A DNA stretch of 63,838 bases, the filler included. It is 5 parts of 5 records of this genome, joined end to end, with 100 filler letters (N's around TTAATTAATTAA, not from the genome) between each part and the next. Parts side by side here need not be neighbours in the genome. Positions count along the whole stretch, not along the records: positions 42,439 to 52,408 come from DRR723986_11612; positions 52,509 to 58,146 come from DRR723986_11675; 3 more parts are not named here. One strand, given 5' to 3'. Of the stretch, positions 42,499-53,166 are shown in pieces. Each line of letters starts with the position of its first letter. Position 1 is the first letter of the stretch. Made by a program: the position numbers and the translations under genes. The notes beneath the pieces were generated by a model. The model did no database searches. It saw only the letters and a list, made by a program, of their open reading frames with translations, and was not told where the DNA came from.

Positions 42499-45410
42499 TC
42501 TTCTCCTTTCTCTGTCTCTGTCTTGTCGTCGGTAAGCTGCCCGAACAACCTGTTCCAATACGCCCGCACCGCTGCCCGCTCACCGGAAAACCGGTCCGGC
42601 GGAACGACACCGGGTGCTTGCTGCAGTGCTAGCTGGTGCGAGGCCGAGCGGAAGGCGAGATAGGCGTTGGTCAACAACTCACAATCCCGCTGCTGGAACA
42701 GGCTTTCCCGTCCCAGGACCTCCAAAATCCGCACGTTGTCGGACCAGCGTGCCAGTTCAGGCACCCTGTGGGCCCAGGCGAGGACCGCGTATTGCACCAT
42801 AAATTCGATATCGACGATACCGCCGTCACCCTGTTTGAGGTGAAATTCCCCACCCTCGGTTTGCCCGCCCGGCAACAGGTGTTCCCGCATGCGCCGGCGC
42901 ATCGAGACAACTTCGCGCCCCAGCGCTGCCTCATCACGCTCCTTGCACAGCACATCCCGGCGCACGGCATCAACTTTCTCCGCCACGCCCGGATCGCCGG
43001 CGACGAAACGCGCGCGCACCAGAGCCTGGTGCTCCCAGGTCCAGGCCGAATCGGACTGGTAGCTGCTGAAGCCGCCCGCCGTGGTCACCAGCATGCCCGA
43101 CTCCCCGGAGGGCCGCAGGCGCATGTCCACCTCGTACAGCTGGCCCATCGCCATCCGGGTGTCGAGGATGTGGATCATCCTCTGGCCGAGCCGGGTATAA
43201 AAAACCACGTTGTCGATTGATCTGGGGCCATCGGTCGCGCCCTGGGGCGTGGCGTCCTGGACGAACACCAGGTCCAGGTCGGAGCCGTAGCCAAGCTCAA
43301 TCCCGCCCAGCTTGCCGTAGCCATAAACCGCAAAGCCATAGCCCTCACTATCCCGCCGCGGCTCCCCGTACTTGGCGGTGAGGTCGGCCCAGGCGACTGC
43401 CAGCACCTGTTCCAGGATGACCTCGGCGATGAACGTTAGCTTGTCGCTCACCTGCATCAAGGGCAGGCGCCCCGCCACTTCGCTGGCTGCCACACGCAGC
43501 ACCTGGGACGCCTTGAAATAGCGCAGCGCGTCCATTTGCGCCTCCAGGTCCTCGATCGGCAGGCGAGCTACCTGCTGGCGCAATTCGTCCTCCAGGGCGG
43601 CGCGGTCCGGGGCGGTATACAGGCTGGAGCGATCCAGCAGTTCATCCAGCAGCACCGGATGACGGGCCATCTGGTCCGCGATCCAGGGGCTGGCCTCGCA
43701 CAGGATGACCAGCTCGTGCAGGGCCGGCGGATTTTCCAGCAGCAATACCAGATAGGCGCTGCGCCGGGTAACCGCCACCACCAGCGGCAGGATCCGGGCC
43801 AGAGCCAGGTCAGGATCCTCGGTTTCGGCGCAGGCCTCCAGCAGCTGCGGCATGAACTGGGCCAGTCGCTCCCTGCCCTCGGCCTGCAGGCCGAGCACCC
43901 GCTTGCTGGTGCGCAGCTCCTCCAGCTGTGCCAGGGTCTCGTCAGCCCGGCGATAGCCGAGTTCGGCCAGCGCCTCGGCATTGAGCGTGTCATCCCATGC
44001 CGCGACCGGCTGCACCGTCTGGTCAGCCTCTTCCTCATCTTCCGGCGCAGCAATGAGATTAGTGAAATGCGCCTCCACCTGTTGCCGGTGGCCAGCCAGC
44101 GCACTGTGGTACTGCGCCCAGTCGGCAAAGCCCATGACCACGGCCATGGCCAGGCGGGGGTGTTCATCTACCGGCAGGCTCTGGGTTTGACGGTCGGCGT
44201 AGCCCTGGATTGCATGCTCGCTGTCGCGCAGGAACAGGTAGGCCTGGCGCAGGCTGTCGGTCGCCTCCTCGGGCAGGCAGCCGAGCTTCGCGCACTCCTG
44301 CAGCACCTTGAGCAATTCCCGCTGCTGCAGCCCCAGGTCGCGCCCACCCCGGATAAGCTGGAAACACTGGGCAATAAACTCCACCTCGCGGATGCCGCCG
44401 CGCCCCAGCTTGACGTTATCGTCCAGGCCCCTGCGGCGCACTTCCGAGAGGATCATCTGCTTCATACCGCGCAGGCTGTCGATCACCCCGAAGTCGACAT
44501 AACGCCGATAGACAAAGGGCCGTAAGGCAGCCATCAGCCGTGCCGCCTGGCGCGGATCCCCGGTTACCGGGCGCGCCTTGATCAGCGCGTAACGCTCCCA
44601 ATCCCGGCCCTGCTCCTGGTAGTACTCCTCCAGGGCAGTGAAATTGTGCACCAGTGCGCCGCTGTCGCCGTAAGGCCGCAGGCGCATATCGACCCGGAAC
44701 ACGAAGCCGTCCACGGTCTGCTGATCGAGGATATTGATCAGGGCGCGGCCCAGGCGGGTAAAGAATTCCTCATTACTGAGGGGCTTGTCCGTACCGTCGG
44801 TCTGCCCCGCCTCCGGGTAGGCGAATACCAGGTCGATATCCGAGGATACGTTCAGCTCCCGGGCACCCAGCTTGCCCATAGCCAGCACAATCAGCCGCTG
44901 GGGCTGACCGTCGCTTTTGCCCAGCGGTCGCCCGTGACGGGCGACCAGCTGTTCCTCGCACACGGCAAGCCCCAGTTCAATACAGGCCTCGGCGAGTAGC
45001 GAGGTGTCACGGACCGTCTCCTGGGTATCGGCTAGCCGGCAGAAATCGCGCCAGATGATGCGCAGCATGTGCCGCTGGCGGAAACGGCGCAGGACGGCCG
45101 CCGGCTCATCAGGCGTTTCCTGCAGGGCCAGGCGCAGCGAATCGAGCCAGGCGGACTCGGGTAACCGGCAATGCAGGTCGCCACTGGTGACCAGCTCCAG
45201 CAGCAGGCCCGGCTTGCGGCGGGCGAGGTCGACCACAAAATGGCTGCAGGCCAGGACTTTCGCCAGCTCCCGCGCCAGCGACGGATCGGCAACCGCCTGC
45301 TGCAGGGCTTGCCGCTGGTCGGGGTCAGCGCGTTCAAGGATATGCTCCCAGGCGGTATCGGCTGCGCCGACGAGTCCAGCTGGCAGTTCTGTTGTATCGG
45401 GTCGGTTCAT
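42495..45410 (-). CDS. glnE: Bifunctional glutamine synthetase adenylyltransferase/adenylyl-removing enzyme
   Basis: Two NT domains, MGKLGARELNVSSDIDL and GYGKLGGIELGYGSDLDL; RVDMRLRP. Confidence 0.97.
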   Translation of the reverse strand: MNRPDTTELPAGLVGAADTAWEHILERADPDQRQALQQAVADPSLARELAKVLACSHFVVDLARRKPGLLLELVTSGDLHCRLPESAWLDSLRLALQETPDEPAAVLRRFRQRHMLRIIWRDFCRLADTQETVRDTSLLAEACIELGLAVCEEQLVARHGRPLGKSDGQPQRLIVLAMGKLGARELNVSSDIDLVFAYPEAGQTDGTDKPLSNEEFFTRLGRALINILDQQTVDGFVFRVDMRLRPYGDSGALVHNFTALEEYYQEQGRDWERYALIKARPVTGDPRQAARLMAALRPFVYRRYVDFGVIDSLRGMKQMILSEVRRRGLDDNVKLGRGGIREVEFIAQCFQLIRGGRDLGLQQRELLKVLQECAKLGCLPEEATDSLRQAYLFLRDSEHAIQGYADRQTQSLPVDEHPRLAMAVVMGFADWAQYHSALAGHRQQVEAHFTNLIAAPEDEEEADQTVQPVAAWDDTLNAEALAELGYRRADETLAQLEELRTSKRVLGLQAEGRERLAQFMPQLLEACAETEDPDLALARILPLVVAVTRRSAYLVLLLENPPALHELVILCEASPWIADQMARHPVLLDELLDRSSLYTAPDRAALEDELRQQVARLPIEDLEAQMDALRYFKASQVLRVAASEVAGRLPLMQVSDKLTFIAEVILEQVLAVAWADLTAKYGEPRRDSEGYGFAVYGYGKLGGIELGYGSDLDLVFVQDATPQGATDGPRSIDNVVFYTRLGQRMIHILDTRMAMGQLYEVDMRLRPSGESGMLVTTAGGFSSYQSDSAWTWEHQALVRARFVAGDPGVAEKVDAVRRDVLCKERDEAALGREVVSMRRRMREHLLPGGQTEGGEFHLKQGDGGIVDIEFMVQYAVLAWAHRVPELARWSDNVRILEVLGRESLFQQRDCELLTNAYLAFRSASHQLALQQAPGVVPPDRFSGERAAVRAYWNRLFGQLTDDKTETEKGEE

Positions 45411-45429
45411 GGATTTACAGCGTCAGGTA

Positions 45430-47205
45430 TCAGGCGTCGAGCACCGGCGCTACCCGCATCACTTCCTCAATCGTGGTCTGGCCCCGGGCCACGCGATCAG
45501 CACCGCTGAGGCGCAGGGTCTGCATGCCCTCATCCATGGCAATCTGCCGCACTCGCCGGGTATCCATATGCGGCTGGATCTCCGCCTGCACTGCCGGGCT
45601 GTTAACCAGCACCTCGTAGATCCCCTGGCGTCCCACGTAACCGGTATCGCGGCAATTGCGGCAGCCCCCGGGGCGGGCAATTCGCTCCGGCAGCGGCATA
45701 TCCCAGGGCTGCACGAGCTGCTGCCAGGCGTCGGCATCCGGCGCTTCCCAGCGCTTGCAGTCGTTGCACAGGATCCGCACCAGGCGCTGGGACATGACGC
45801 CGCGGACGGTGGCCTTGATCAAATAGGGCGCGACTCCGAGTTCCAGCAAGCGCGAGATCGAACTGGGCGAATCATTGGTATGCAGGGTCGACAGCACGAG
45901 GTGACCGGTCAGCGCTGCCTGCACCGCCATATTGGCAGTTTCCAGGTCGCGGATTTCCCCCACCATGATGATGTCCGGATCCTGGCGCATCAGGGCGCGC
46001 ACCCCGGCCGAGAAATCCAGCTTGATTCCGTGGTTAACCTGCATCTGGTTGAAAGCGCCCTCCACCATCTCAATCGGGTCCTCGATGGTGCAGACGTTGA
46101 CTTGCGGAGTCGCCAGCTGACGCAAGGTGGAGTACAGGGTCGTGGTCTTGCCGGAACCGGTAGGGCCGGTAACCAGCACAATGCCGTTCCCCATGCCCGT
46201 CATCTGGTTCCAGCGCGCCAGGTCCTGGTCCGCCAGGCCCAGATCCTCAAAACTGCGCTGCAGCACATCCGGATCGAAGATCCGCATCACCAGCTTCTCG
46301 CCGAAGGCCGTGGGCAAGGTCGACAGGCGCAGCTCTACCTCGCTGCCCTCCGGCGAGCGGGTTTTCAGCCGACCATCCTGGGGCCGGCGCTTCTCCGCCA
46401 CGTCCATGCGCCCGAGAATCTTGAGCCGGCTGGTGACTGCGGCGCAAACCTGTTGCGGCAGTTCGTAGACGCTGTGCAGCACGCCATCGATCCGGAACCG
46501 GACATAGCCAAGCTCGCGCCGGGGTTCGATGTGGATATCACTGGCGCGTTGCTCAAAGGCGTATTGCAACAGCCAGTCGACCACGCTGACGATGTGCTGG
46601 TCGTTGGCATCGGGCTCCTTCATCGAGCCCAGTTCCAGCATCTGCTCCAGATTACCCAGGCCCGGCGCGGAGTCCGGCCGGCCGCCGCCATGCGCGCTGC
46701 GCACCGAACCGGCCATGGTGTAAAACTCGGCGGTGAACCGGACCAGGTCCCGCGGATCAACCAGCACCCGTCGTATCGGCTTGCGCAGGGCGTGCTGCAG
46801 GTTCGCTTCCCAGGCGCTGACAAAAGGCTCGCCACTGGCAATGGTGACCTCCCGGTCACTGACTTCTACCGCCAGAATCCGGTGTCGCTGGGCGAAGGCG
46901 CGGGACATTACCTCGGACACCGCCGAGACATTGATCTTCAGCGGATCAATTTCATAGACCGCCTGGCCGGTGCGGCCCGACAGCCAGGCCAGCAGCTGGT
47001 CCATGTCCAGGACCAGGCCCGGCCGGGATGCATCGGCGAGCTTTTGTTCCGCCAGGAAAACCAGGGGGTGAACGGCACCGATCATCATCTTGCGCAAGCG
47101 GTTGAAGTCGGTCTCCGCCAGCCGGCCATCCGCGCGCAGGTCCTCCGCCAGGCCCGCCAGGGTCAGGCGAGCTTCCACGGGAAAGTCGATTGTTTGGTCA
47201 GCCAT
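45430..47205 (-). CDS. GspE/PulE/PilB family secretion ATPase (orphan)
   Basis: ASDIHIEP, GPTGSGKTT, TIEDPIE, MRQDPD, HLVLSTLHTN, tetra-Cys LCNDC..CRNC. Confidence 0.93.
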   Translation of the reverse strand: MADQTIDFPVEARLTLAGLAEDLRADGRLAETDFNRLRKMMIGAVHPLVFLAEQKLADASRPGLVLDMDQLLAWLSGRTGQAVYEIDPLKINVSAVSEVMSRAFAQRHRILAVEVSDREVTIASGEPFVSAWEANLQHALRKPIRRVLVDPRDLVRFTAEFYTMAGSVRSAHGGGRPDSAPGLGNLEQMLELGSMKEPDANDQHIVSVVDWLLQYAFEQRASDIHIEPRRELGYVRFRIDGVLHSVYELPQQVCAAVTSRLKILGRMDVAEKRRPQDGRLKTRSPEGSEVELRLSTLPTAFGEKLVMRIFDPDVLQRSFEDLGLADQDLARWNQMTGMGNGIVLVTGPTGSGKTTTLYSTLRQLATPQVNVCTIEDPIEMVEGAFNQMQVNHGIKLDFSAGVRALMRQDPDIIMVGEIRDLETANMAVQAALTGHLVLSTLHTNDSPSSISRLLELGVAPYLIKATVRGVMSQRLVRILCNDCKRWEAPDADAWQQLVQPWDMPLPERIARPGGCRNCRDTGYVGRQGIYEVLVNSPAVQAEIQPHMDTRRVRQIAMDEGMQTLRLSGADRVARGQTTIEEVMRVAPVLDA

Positions 47206-47360
47206 GCGGTCCTCCAGCTAAACCGGCTCGCCACCTCTGCGAGCATGCTAGCACAGGCGCTGGCAACTACCCCCGCCAGGGCACCGATGACAGCAGCGAG
47301 ACGGCCTGTGACAGCGCACCCGGGAAAACCTATACTGCGCGCACTGAAGTGCGGAGAACA

Positions 47361-48044
47361 ATGATGGCTACCGGTAACCCGCTGGGTCGACTGTTCGGAA
47401 AATCACCGATCGGGCCCATCCAGGAGCACATGCAGCTCGCGGAGGAAGCCGCGTCTTTCCTGCCCCAGCTGTTCCAGGCCAGCATCGACGCCGACTGGCA
47501 GCGCGCCGGTGAGGTGCATCGCCAGATCAAGGCCGCTGAGTCGGAGGCTGACCGACTGAAGCGCAAGCTCCGCCAGAACCTGCCACGCAGCCTGTTCCTC
47601 CCGGTGCCCCGTGGTGACCTGCTGGAACTGATCACCATCCAGGACAAGGTCGCCAACGTGTCCAAGGATATCGGCGTACTGGTGACCAGCCGGCAAATGC
47701 GCTTTCCACAATCCATGGAACCATCACTGATGGAACTGACCGAGGCCTCGCTGCGGACTGTTGGCCTGTGCCTGACCGCAATTCAGGAACTCGACGAATT
47801 GCTGGAAGTAGGTTTCACCGGGCAGGAAGTGAAGCGCGTCGAGAAGATGCTCAAGGAGCTGGATCGCTCCGAGGCGCAATGTGACAAGAAGGCCGCAAAG
47901 GTGAGAGAGCAACTGTTCAAGCTTGAGCCTGAACTGCCACCGGTGGACGTGATGTTCTTCTACCGAATCCTCGCCCTGTTATCCAAACTCGCGGACGTCG
48001 CCGAAGGTGTGGGCGATCGACTGCAGATCATAATCGCACGCTAG
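47361..48044 (+). CDS. DUF47/TIGR00153 PhoU-like phosphate transport regulator
   Basis: LFGKSPIGPIQEHM, LFLPVPRGDLL, PVDVMF, LADVAE; GGAG RBS before ATG 47361. Confidence 0.9.
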   Translation: MMATGNPLGRLFGKSPIGPIQEHMQLAEEAASFLPQLFQASIDADWQRAGEVHRQIKAAESEADRLKRKLRQNLPRSLFLPVPRGDLLELITIQDKVANVSKDIGVLVTSRQMRFPQSMEPSLMELTEASLRTVGLCLTAIQELDELLEVGFTGQEVKRVEKMLKELDRSEAQCDKKAAKVREQLFKLEPELPPVDVMFFYRILALLSKLADVAEGVGDRLQIIIAR

Positions 48045-48056
48045 GGAGTCCGGCGG

Positions 48057-49334
48057 ATGGAAATCATTGCGCAGCACGGGACAATCCTGCTGATACTGGC
48101 CTGCGTTTTCGGCTTTTTCATGGCCTGGGGCATTGGCGCCAACGACGTGGCCAACGCCATGGGTACCTCGGTGGGGTCCCGCGCGCTGACCATCAAACAG
48201 GCGATCCTGATCGCCATGATTTTCGAATTCATGGGCGCCTACCTGGCGGGTGGCGAGGTCACCTCCACTATCCGCAAGGGAATCATCGATCCGGAAATTC
48301 TCAGCGATTCCCCGGAATTGATGGTATTCGGGATGATGTCCGCGCTGCTGGCCGCCGGCACCTGGCTGCTCATTGCCAGTCTCAAAGGCTGGCCGGTCTC
48401 CACCACCCACTCAATCGTTGGCGCAATCGTCGGTTTTGCCGCAGTGGGTATCTCAGTCGACGCGGTGCACTGGAACAAGGTTGGGACCATCGTCGCCAGT
48501 TGGGTGGTGTCCCCGGTACTGGCGGGATCAATCAGCTTCGGCCTGTTCATGAGCGTCAAGATCCTGATCCTCGACACGGACAACCCCTTCCAGCGCGCGC
48601 AGCGGCTCATCCCGATCTATATGTGGATGGTGGGCTTCATGATCGCCATGGTCACCCTGCTGAAGGGCCTGAAACATGTCGGCCTGGAGATGGATCTGGG
48701 GCTGGGTTCGGCGTTTGCCAACGCCTTGCCCGTGTCAGCGGCCATCGGCCTGGTGGTTGCGGGCGGCGGCTACCTGATGCTGCGCCAGGTCAAGGAGGAG
48801 TTCGACGAACGCAACCGTTTTGCCAGTGTCGAGCGCGTGTTCGCCATCCTGATGATCTTCACCGCCTGCTCCATGGCCTTCGCCCACGGCTCCAATGATG
48901 TTGCCAATGCCGTCGGTCCGCTGGCCGCCGTGGCCAGCACCATAAAAAGCGGCGGGGAAATCGCCGCCAAGTCGGCCATGCCCTGGTGGATCCTGCTGAC
49001 CGGCGCTGTCGGTATCGTGATCGGCCTGGCAACCTACGGCTGGAAAGTTATCGCCACCATCGGGCGCAAGATCACCGAGCTGACCCCGAGCCGGGGTTTT
49101 GCTGCCGAGCTGGGAGCCGCGTCCACCGTAGTCATTGCCTCCGCCAGCGGCCTGCCCATCTCCACCACCCATACCCTCGTTGGGGCGGTGCTGGGTGTCG
49201 GCATCGCCCGCGGCATCGGGGCGCTGAACCTGCGCACCGTGGGCGCAATCTTCATGTCCTGGGTCATCACCCTGCCGGCGGGCGCCGGGCTGGCGATCCT
49301 GTTCTTCTTTGTCTTCAAGGGCATCTTCGGTTAA
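48057..49334 (+). CDS. Inorganic phosphate transporter (PiT family)
   Basis: GANDVANAMG, PVSTTHS, HGSNDVAN, PISTTH. Confidence 0.95.
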   Translation: MEIIAQHGTILLILACVFGFFMAWGIGANDVANAMGTSVGSRALTIKQAILIAMIFEFMGAYLAGGEVTSTIRKGIIDPEILSDSPELMVFGMMSALLAAGTWLLIASLKGWPVSTTHSIVGAIVGFAAVGISVDAVHWNKVGTIVASWVVSPVLAGSISFGLFMSVKILILDTDNPFQRAQRLIPIYMWMVGFMIAMVTLLKGLKHVGLEMDLGLGSAFANALPVSAAIGLVVAGGGYLMLRQVKEEFDERNRFASVERVFAILMIFTACSMAFAHGSNDVANAVGPLAAVASTIKSGGEIAAKSAMPWWILLTGAVGIVIGLATYGWKVIATIGRKITELTPSRGFAAELGAASTVVIASASGLPISTTHTLVGAVLGVGIARGIGALNLRTVGAIFMSWVITLPAGAGLAILFFFVFKGIFG

Positions 49335-49436
49335 GGCTGATTGGCGCCGGGGCGCGGCTTGACTAGACTCGTGGGGTGCCCTGCCCGCGGCTGATGCCCG
49401 CGCAAACCCGTCACGGCCGCGCAAACAGGAGAATTC

Positions 49437-50588
49437 ATGCCACTTCCCCACCAGCTCCTGCTGGACCAACTCGGGCAATTGATTGCCACGCCGTCGGTCA
49501 GCTCCACCGACCCCCGTTGGGATCAGGGCAATCGCCCGGTAGTCGAACTGCTGGCGCAGTGGGCCGCCGACCTTGGCTTCAAGACCGAGCTGATCGACGT
49601 TACCCCCGACGGCCGCAAAGCCAACCTGCTGGCCAGCCTGGGCACCGGCCCGGGGGGTCTCGTACTGGCCGGGCACACCGACACCGTTCCTTTTGACGAG
49701 GGCCGCTGGAGCAGTGATCCCCTGCAGCTCAGCCAACGTGACCAGCGCCTCTACGGCCTTGGCAGCACCGATATGAAGGGCTTTTTCCCCATCGCGCTGG
49801 CGGCTGCGGCGCGCTTCGCCGACCAGCCGCTGCGCCAGCCGCTATTTCTGCTCGCCACCGCAGATGAGGAAAGCTCGATGAATGGCGCCCGCGCACTGGT
49901 GGAGGCCGGCAGGCCACGGGCGCGGGCCGCAATCATCGGCGAACCGACCTCGCTGGCCCCGGTTCGCCTGCACAAGGGCATCATGATGAATGCCGTCCGG
50001 GTCACCGGTCGCGCCGGCCATTCCTCCAACCCGGCGCTGGGCAACAATGCGCTGGACGCCATGCACGTGGTCCTGGGCGACCTGATCGCTTACCGGGAAA
50101 GCCTCCGCACCCGGTTCAGCAACCCCCTGTTCGAGGTTGCCTTCCCCACCCTCAACCTGGGCTGTATCCACGGCGGCGACAACCCCAACCGTATCTGCGG
50201 CAGTGCTGAACTGCACTTCGACCTGCGGATGACCCCGGACGGTGACAACGCCACTATCCTTGGGGAGATCGAGCAGCGCGTTGCCGCACTGGCCGCGCAG
50301 CTGGCAATCGAGATCGAGCTGCGACCGCTGGTGCAACCGGTGCCACCCTTTGAACAGCCGGCGAACAGCCCCCTGGTGCAGCTCGCGGAGCAGCTGACCG
50401 GGCATACCGCTCATGCCGTGGCCTTCGCCACCGAGGCGCCCTTCCTGCAGCAGCTCGGCATGGAAACTATCGTGATGGGGCCCGGGTCCATCGATCGCGC
50501 CCACCAGCCCGACGAATACATGGAACTGGATCAGGTTCAGCCCTGTATCGACCTCCTGCAGCGGTGCATCAGCCACTACTGCCTGTAA
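49437..50588 (+). CDS. argE: Acetylornithine deacetylase
   Basis: GHTDTVP, GSTDMKGF, ADEES, GEPT, AHQPDEY. Confidence 0.93.
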   Translation: MPLPHQLLLDQLGQLIATPSVSSTDPRWDQGNRPVVELLAQWAADLGFKTELIDVTPDGRKANLLASLGTGPGGLVLAGHTDTVPFDEGRWSSDPLQLSQRDQRLYGLGSTDMKGFFPIALAAAARFADQPLRQPLFLLATADEESSMNGARALVEAGRPRARAAIIGEPTSLAPVRLHKGIMMNAVRVTGRAGHSSNPALGNNALDAMHVVLGDLIAYRESLRTRFSNPLFEVAFPTLNLGCIHGGDNPNRICGSAELHFDLRMTPDGDNATILGEIEQRVAALAAQLAIEIELRPLVQPVPPFEQPANSPLVQLAEQLTGHTAHAVAFATEAPFLQQLGMETIVMGPGSIDRAHQPDEYMELDQVQPCIDLLQRCISHYCL

Positions 50589-50672
50589 GACTGTGTATTA
50601 TTGCCATTAGCTAATGCCTTGGCGTTTTCGGTAACCTGTGCGCCTTGAAAATTACGGACTTGGGACGATCAG

Positions 50673-51980
50673 GTGAGCACCGCAAGCCGCGAGCATATTC
50701 GCTGGTTCAGAAATACCGCACCCTACATCAACTCGCACCGGGGCAAGACCTTCGTGCTGATGTTGGGGGGCGAGGTGGTGCGCCAGGATAATTTTGCCAC
50801 CCTGATCCACGACATCGCCCTGCTCAACAGCCTCGGCATACGACTGGTTATCCTTGTCGGCTGTCGGCCGCAAATCGCCGAGCGCCTGCAAGCAGCCGGC
50901 CTGGAGAGCCAGTATCACGAGAGCCTGCGGGTTACCGATGCAGCCGCGATGGCACACGTCAAAGACGCCGCCGCAGAAGTGCGGGTCCAGACCGAAGCCC
51001 TGCTGTCCATGGGGCTACCGAATTCCCCCATGCAGGGCTCGCGTATCCGGGTTTGCTCGGGCAACTTCATTACCGCCCAGCCCATCGGCGTGGTCGAAGG
51101 GGTCGACCTGCATCTCACCGGCCGGGTCCGCCGGGTAGATGCGGAAGCGATCCAGCAGCAGCTGGCCGCCGGCTCCCTGGTTCTGCTGTCACCGCTGGGC
51201 TTCTCGCCCACGGGCGAGGTATTCAATGTCAGCCTTGAGGATATTGCCGTGCACTGCGCTGCGGCCATCGGGGCTGACAAGCTGATCCTGCTGGGCGCAG
51301 CGCCCGGTATCGAGGGCCCTGATGGCGGCCTGGTACGCCAGCTTGCCGTGGGCGAGATAGCCGGCCTCGGGGTGACCGATCCAGAGCAGGCCGCACTCCT
51401 GGCAACCGCGCAGCGCGCCTGCCGGGCCGGTGTGCCCCGCTGCCAGATCATCACCTATCGCGACGATTGCTCGCTGCTGGAAGAACTGTTCACCCATGAC
51501 GGCTCCGGCACCCTGGTCGCCGAGGACCAGTATGAACAGTCGCGCACCGCGGCGATCGACGACATCGGCGGCATTCTCGAACTGATCGAGCCCCTGGAGC
51601 AGGCGGGCGTGCTACTCAAACGCTCGCGGGAGCTGCTGGAAGCGGAGATCAGCCAGTTCCGCCTGCTGGAACGGGATGGCCGGATCATCGCCTGTGCCGC
51701 GCTCTACCCCTTCACCAGTGAGAGCTGCGGTGAGCTGGCCTGCATCGTCACCCATCCCGATTACCGGGGCGGCAAGCGCGGCCAGCGCCTGCTGGAGGAG
51801 CTGGAAACCGAGGCCCGCCGGCAGGGCCTGGAGCGGGTCTTTGTGCTAACCACCCAGACCGCCCACTGGTTTATCGAACAGGGTTTCGAGGAACTGACCC
51901 GCGACGCACTACCGGCTGAGCGCAAGGCCCTGTACAACCTGCAGCGCAACTCCAAGGTCCTGTTCAAGACCCTGGGCTGA
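50673..51980 (+). CDS. argA: Amino-acid N-acetyltransferase (N-acetylglutamate synthase)
   Basis: WFRNTAPYINSHRGKTFV, ELFTHDGSGT, GNAT domain, YNLQRNSKV; GTG start. Confidence 0.96.
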   Translation: MSTASREHIRWFRNTAPYINSHRGKTFVLMLGGEVVRQDNFATLIHDIALLNSLGIRLVILVGCRPQIAERLQAAGLESQYHESLRVTDAAAMAHVKDAAAEVRVQTEALLSMGLPNSPMQGSRIRVCSGNFITAQPIGVVEGVDLHLTGRVRRVDAEAIQQQLAAGSLVLLSPLGFSPTGEVFNVSLEDIAVHCAAAIGADKLILLGAAPGIEGPDGGLVRQLAVGEIAGLGVTDPEQAALLATAQRACRAGVPRCQIITYRDDCSLLEELFTHDGSGTLVAEDQYEQSRTAAIDDIGGILELIEPLEQAGVLLKRSRELLEAEISQFRLLERDGRIIACAALYPFTSESCGELACIVTHPDYRGGKRGQRLLEELETEARRQGLERVFVLTTQTAHWFIEQGFEELTRDALPAERKALYNLQRNSKVLFKTLG

Positions 51981-52067
51981 GCGCCCCCGCGCCGCCAAAT
52001 TTTGCTATCCTGCCCTCCCGCCACGCGCGGGACCAGAACCCGTTAACGCCCCGACAGGTGCTCAGAC

Positions 52068-52408
52068 ATGCCCCAATACCGCTCCCGAACCTCCACCCAC
52101 GGACGCAATATGGCCGGTGCGCGCGCCCTGTGGCGCGCCACGGGCATGAAGGATGACGACTTCCAGAAGCCGATCATTGCGGTGGTTAATTCATTCACCC
52201 AGTTCGTGCCCGGCCATGTCCACCTGAAGGACCTGGGCCAGCTGGTGGCGCGCGAGATCGAGGCTGCAGGCGGGGTCGCGAAGGAATTCAACACCATCGC
52301 TGTGGATGACGGGATCGCCATGGGTCACGACGGCATGCTCTACAGCCTGCCATCCAGGGACATCATCTCCGATTCTGTGGAGTACATGGTCAACGCCCAC
52401 TGCGCCGA
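52068..52408 (+). CDS. ilvD: Dihydroxy-acid dehydratase, N-terminal fragment
   Basis: [41 protein letters not shown]. Confidence 0.96.
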
Positions 52409-52508
52409 NNNNNNNNNNNNNNNNNNNNNNNNNNNNNNNNNNNNNNNNNNNNTTAATTAATTAANNNNNNNNNNNNNNNNNNNNNNNNNNNNNNNNNNNN
52501 NNNNNNNN
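52409..52508. other. Artificial contig spacer
   Basis: 44 N + TTAATTAATTAA + 44 N. Confidence 0.98.
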
Positions 52509-53036
52509 GGCGGGGCCGATGAAGATGCCGTCAACGCCGTCAACCGCAGCGATCGCTTCGATATTGGCGAGTGCCTCGGCGGTTTCGACCTGCACCAGCA
52601 GGCAGATTTCCTCGGACGCACGCGTTGCGTAATCCTTGACCGCGCCATAACGCGTGGCGCGCGTGGTGCCGGCCATGCCCCTGATGCCATGCGGCGGATA
52701 GCGGGTGGCGGCGACGGCGGCAGCGGCCTCATCCGCGTTCTGGACGTAAGGGATGAGCAGCGACTGCGCCCCGCAATCGAGCAGTTTCTTGATCTCGACC
52801 GCGTCATTCCAGCCGGGCCGCACCACTGTGCTGACCGGATAGGGGGCAGCGGCCTGCATCAGCGGCATCGTTTCGACGGCGCCCATGGGGGAATGTTCGG
52901 TGTCGATCAGCAGCCAGTCATAGCCGCAACCGGCCAGCAACTCGACCACCCCGCTATCGGGAATCGACACCCACATTCCGATCTGTTTCTTGCCCGCCTT
53001 GAGCGCGGCTTTGAAGGCATTCCTGGGCAAGTCCAT
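52509..53036 (-). CDS. HpcH/HpaI aldolase family protein (3' truncated)
   Basis: DWLLIDTEHSP, LLDCGAQ, RYPPHGIRG, QVET, GVDGIFIGP. Confidence 0.92.
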
Positions 53037-53166
53037 GACGGGGTGTCCTCTGCGGGTTCGTGTTACTTGACATGTTCAGCATTGCATGGGGACGCGAGGA
53101 AGGAAAGATGGCTTGCACGCCCTGTCCGGGCTTCTCAAGTCACCGCCTGCGGGCTATGCCCTAGGG

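Noticed and set aside
45004-47364. 786-aa plus-strand ORF
   Set aside because: Antisense shadow of the GspE-type ATPase and glnE in high-GC DNA; no recognisable motifs.
50590-50625. Possible ARG box before argA (TGTGTATTATTGCCATT)
   Set aside because: Only a partial match with no tandem second box; cannot be supported.
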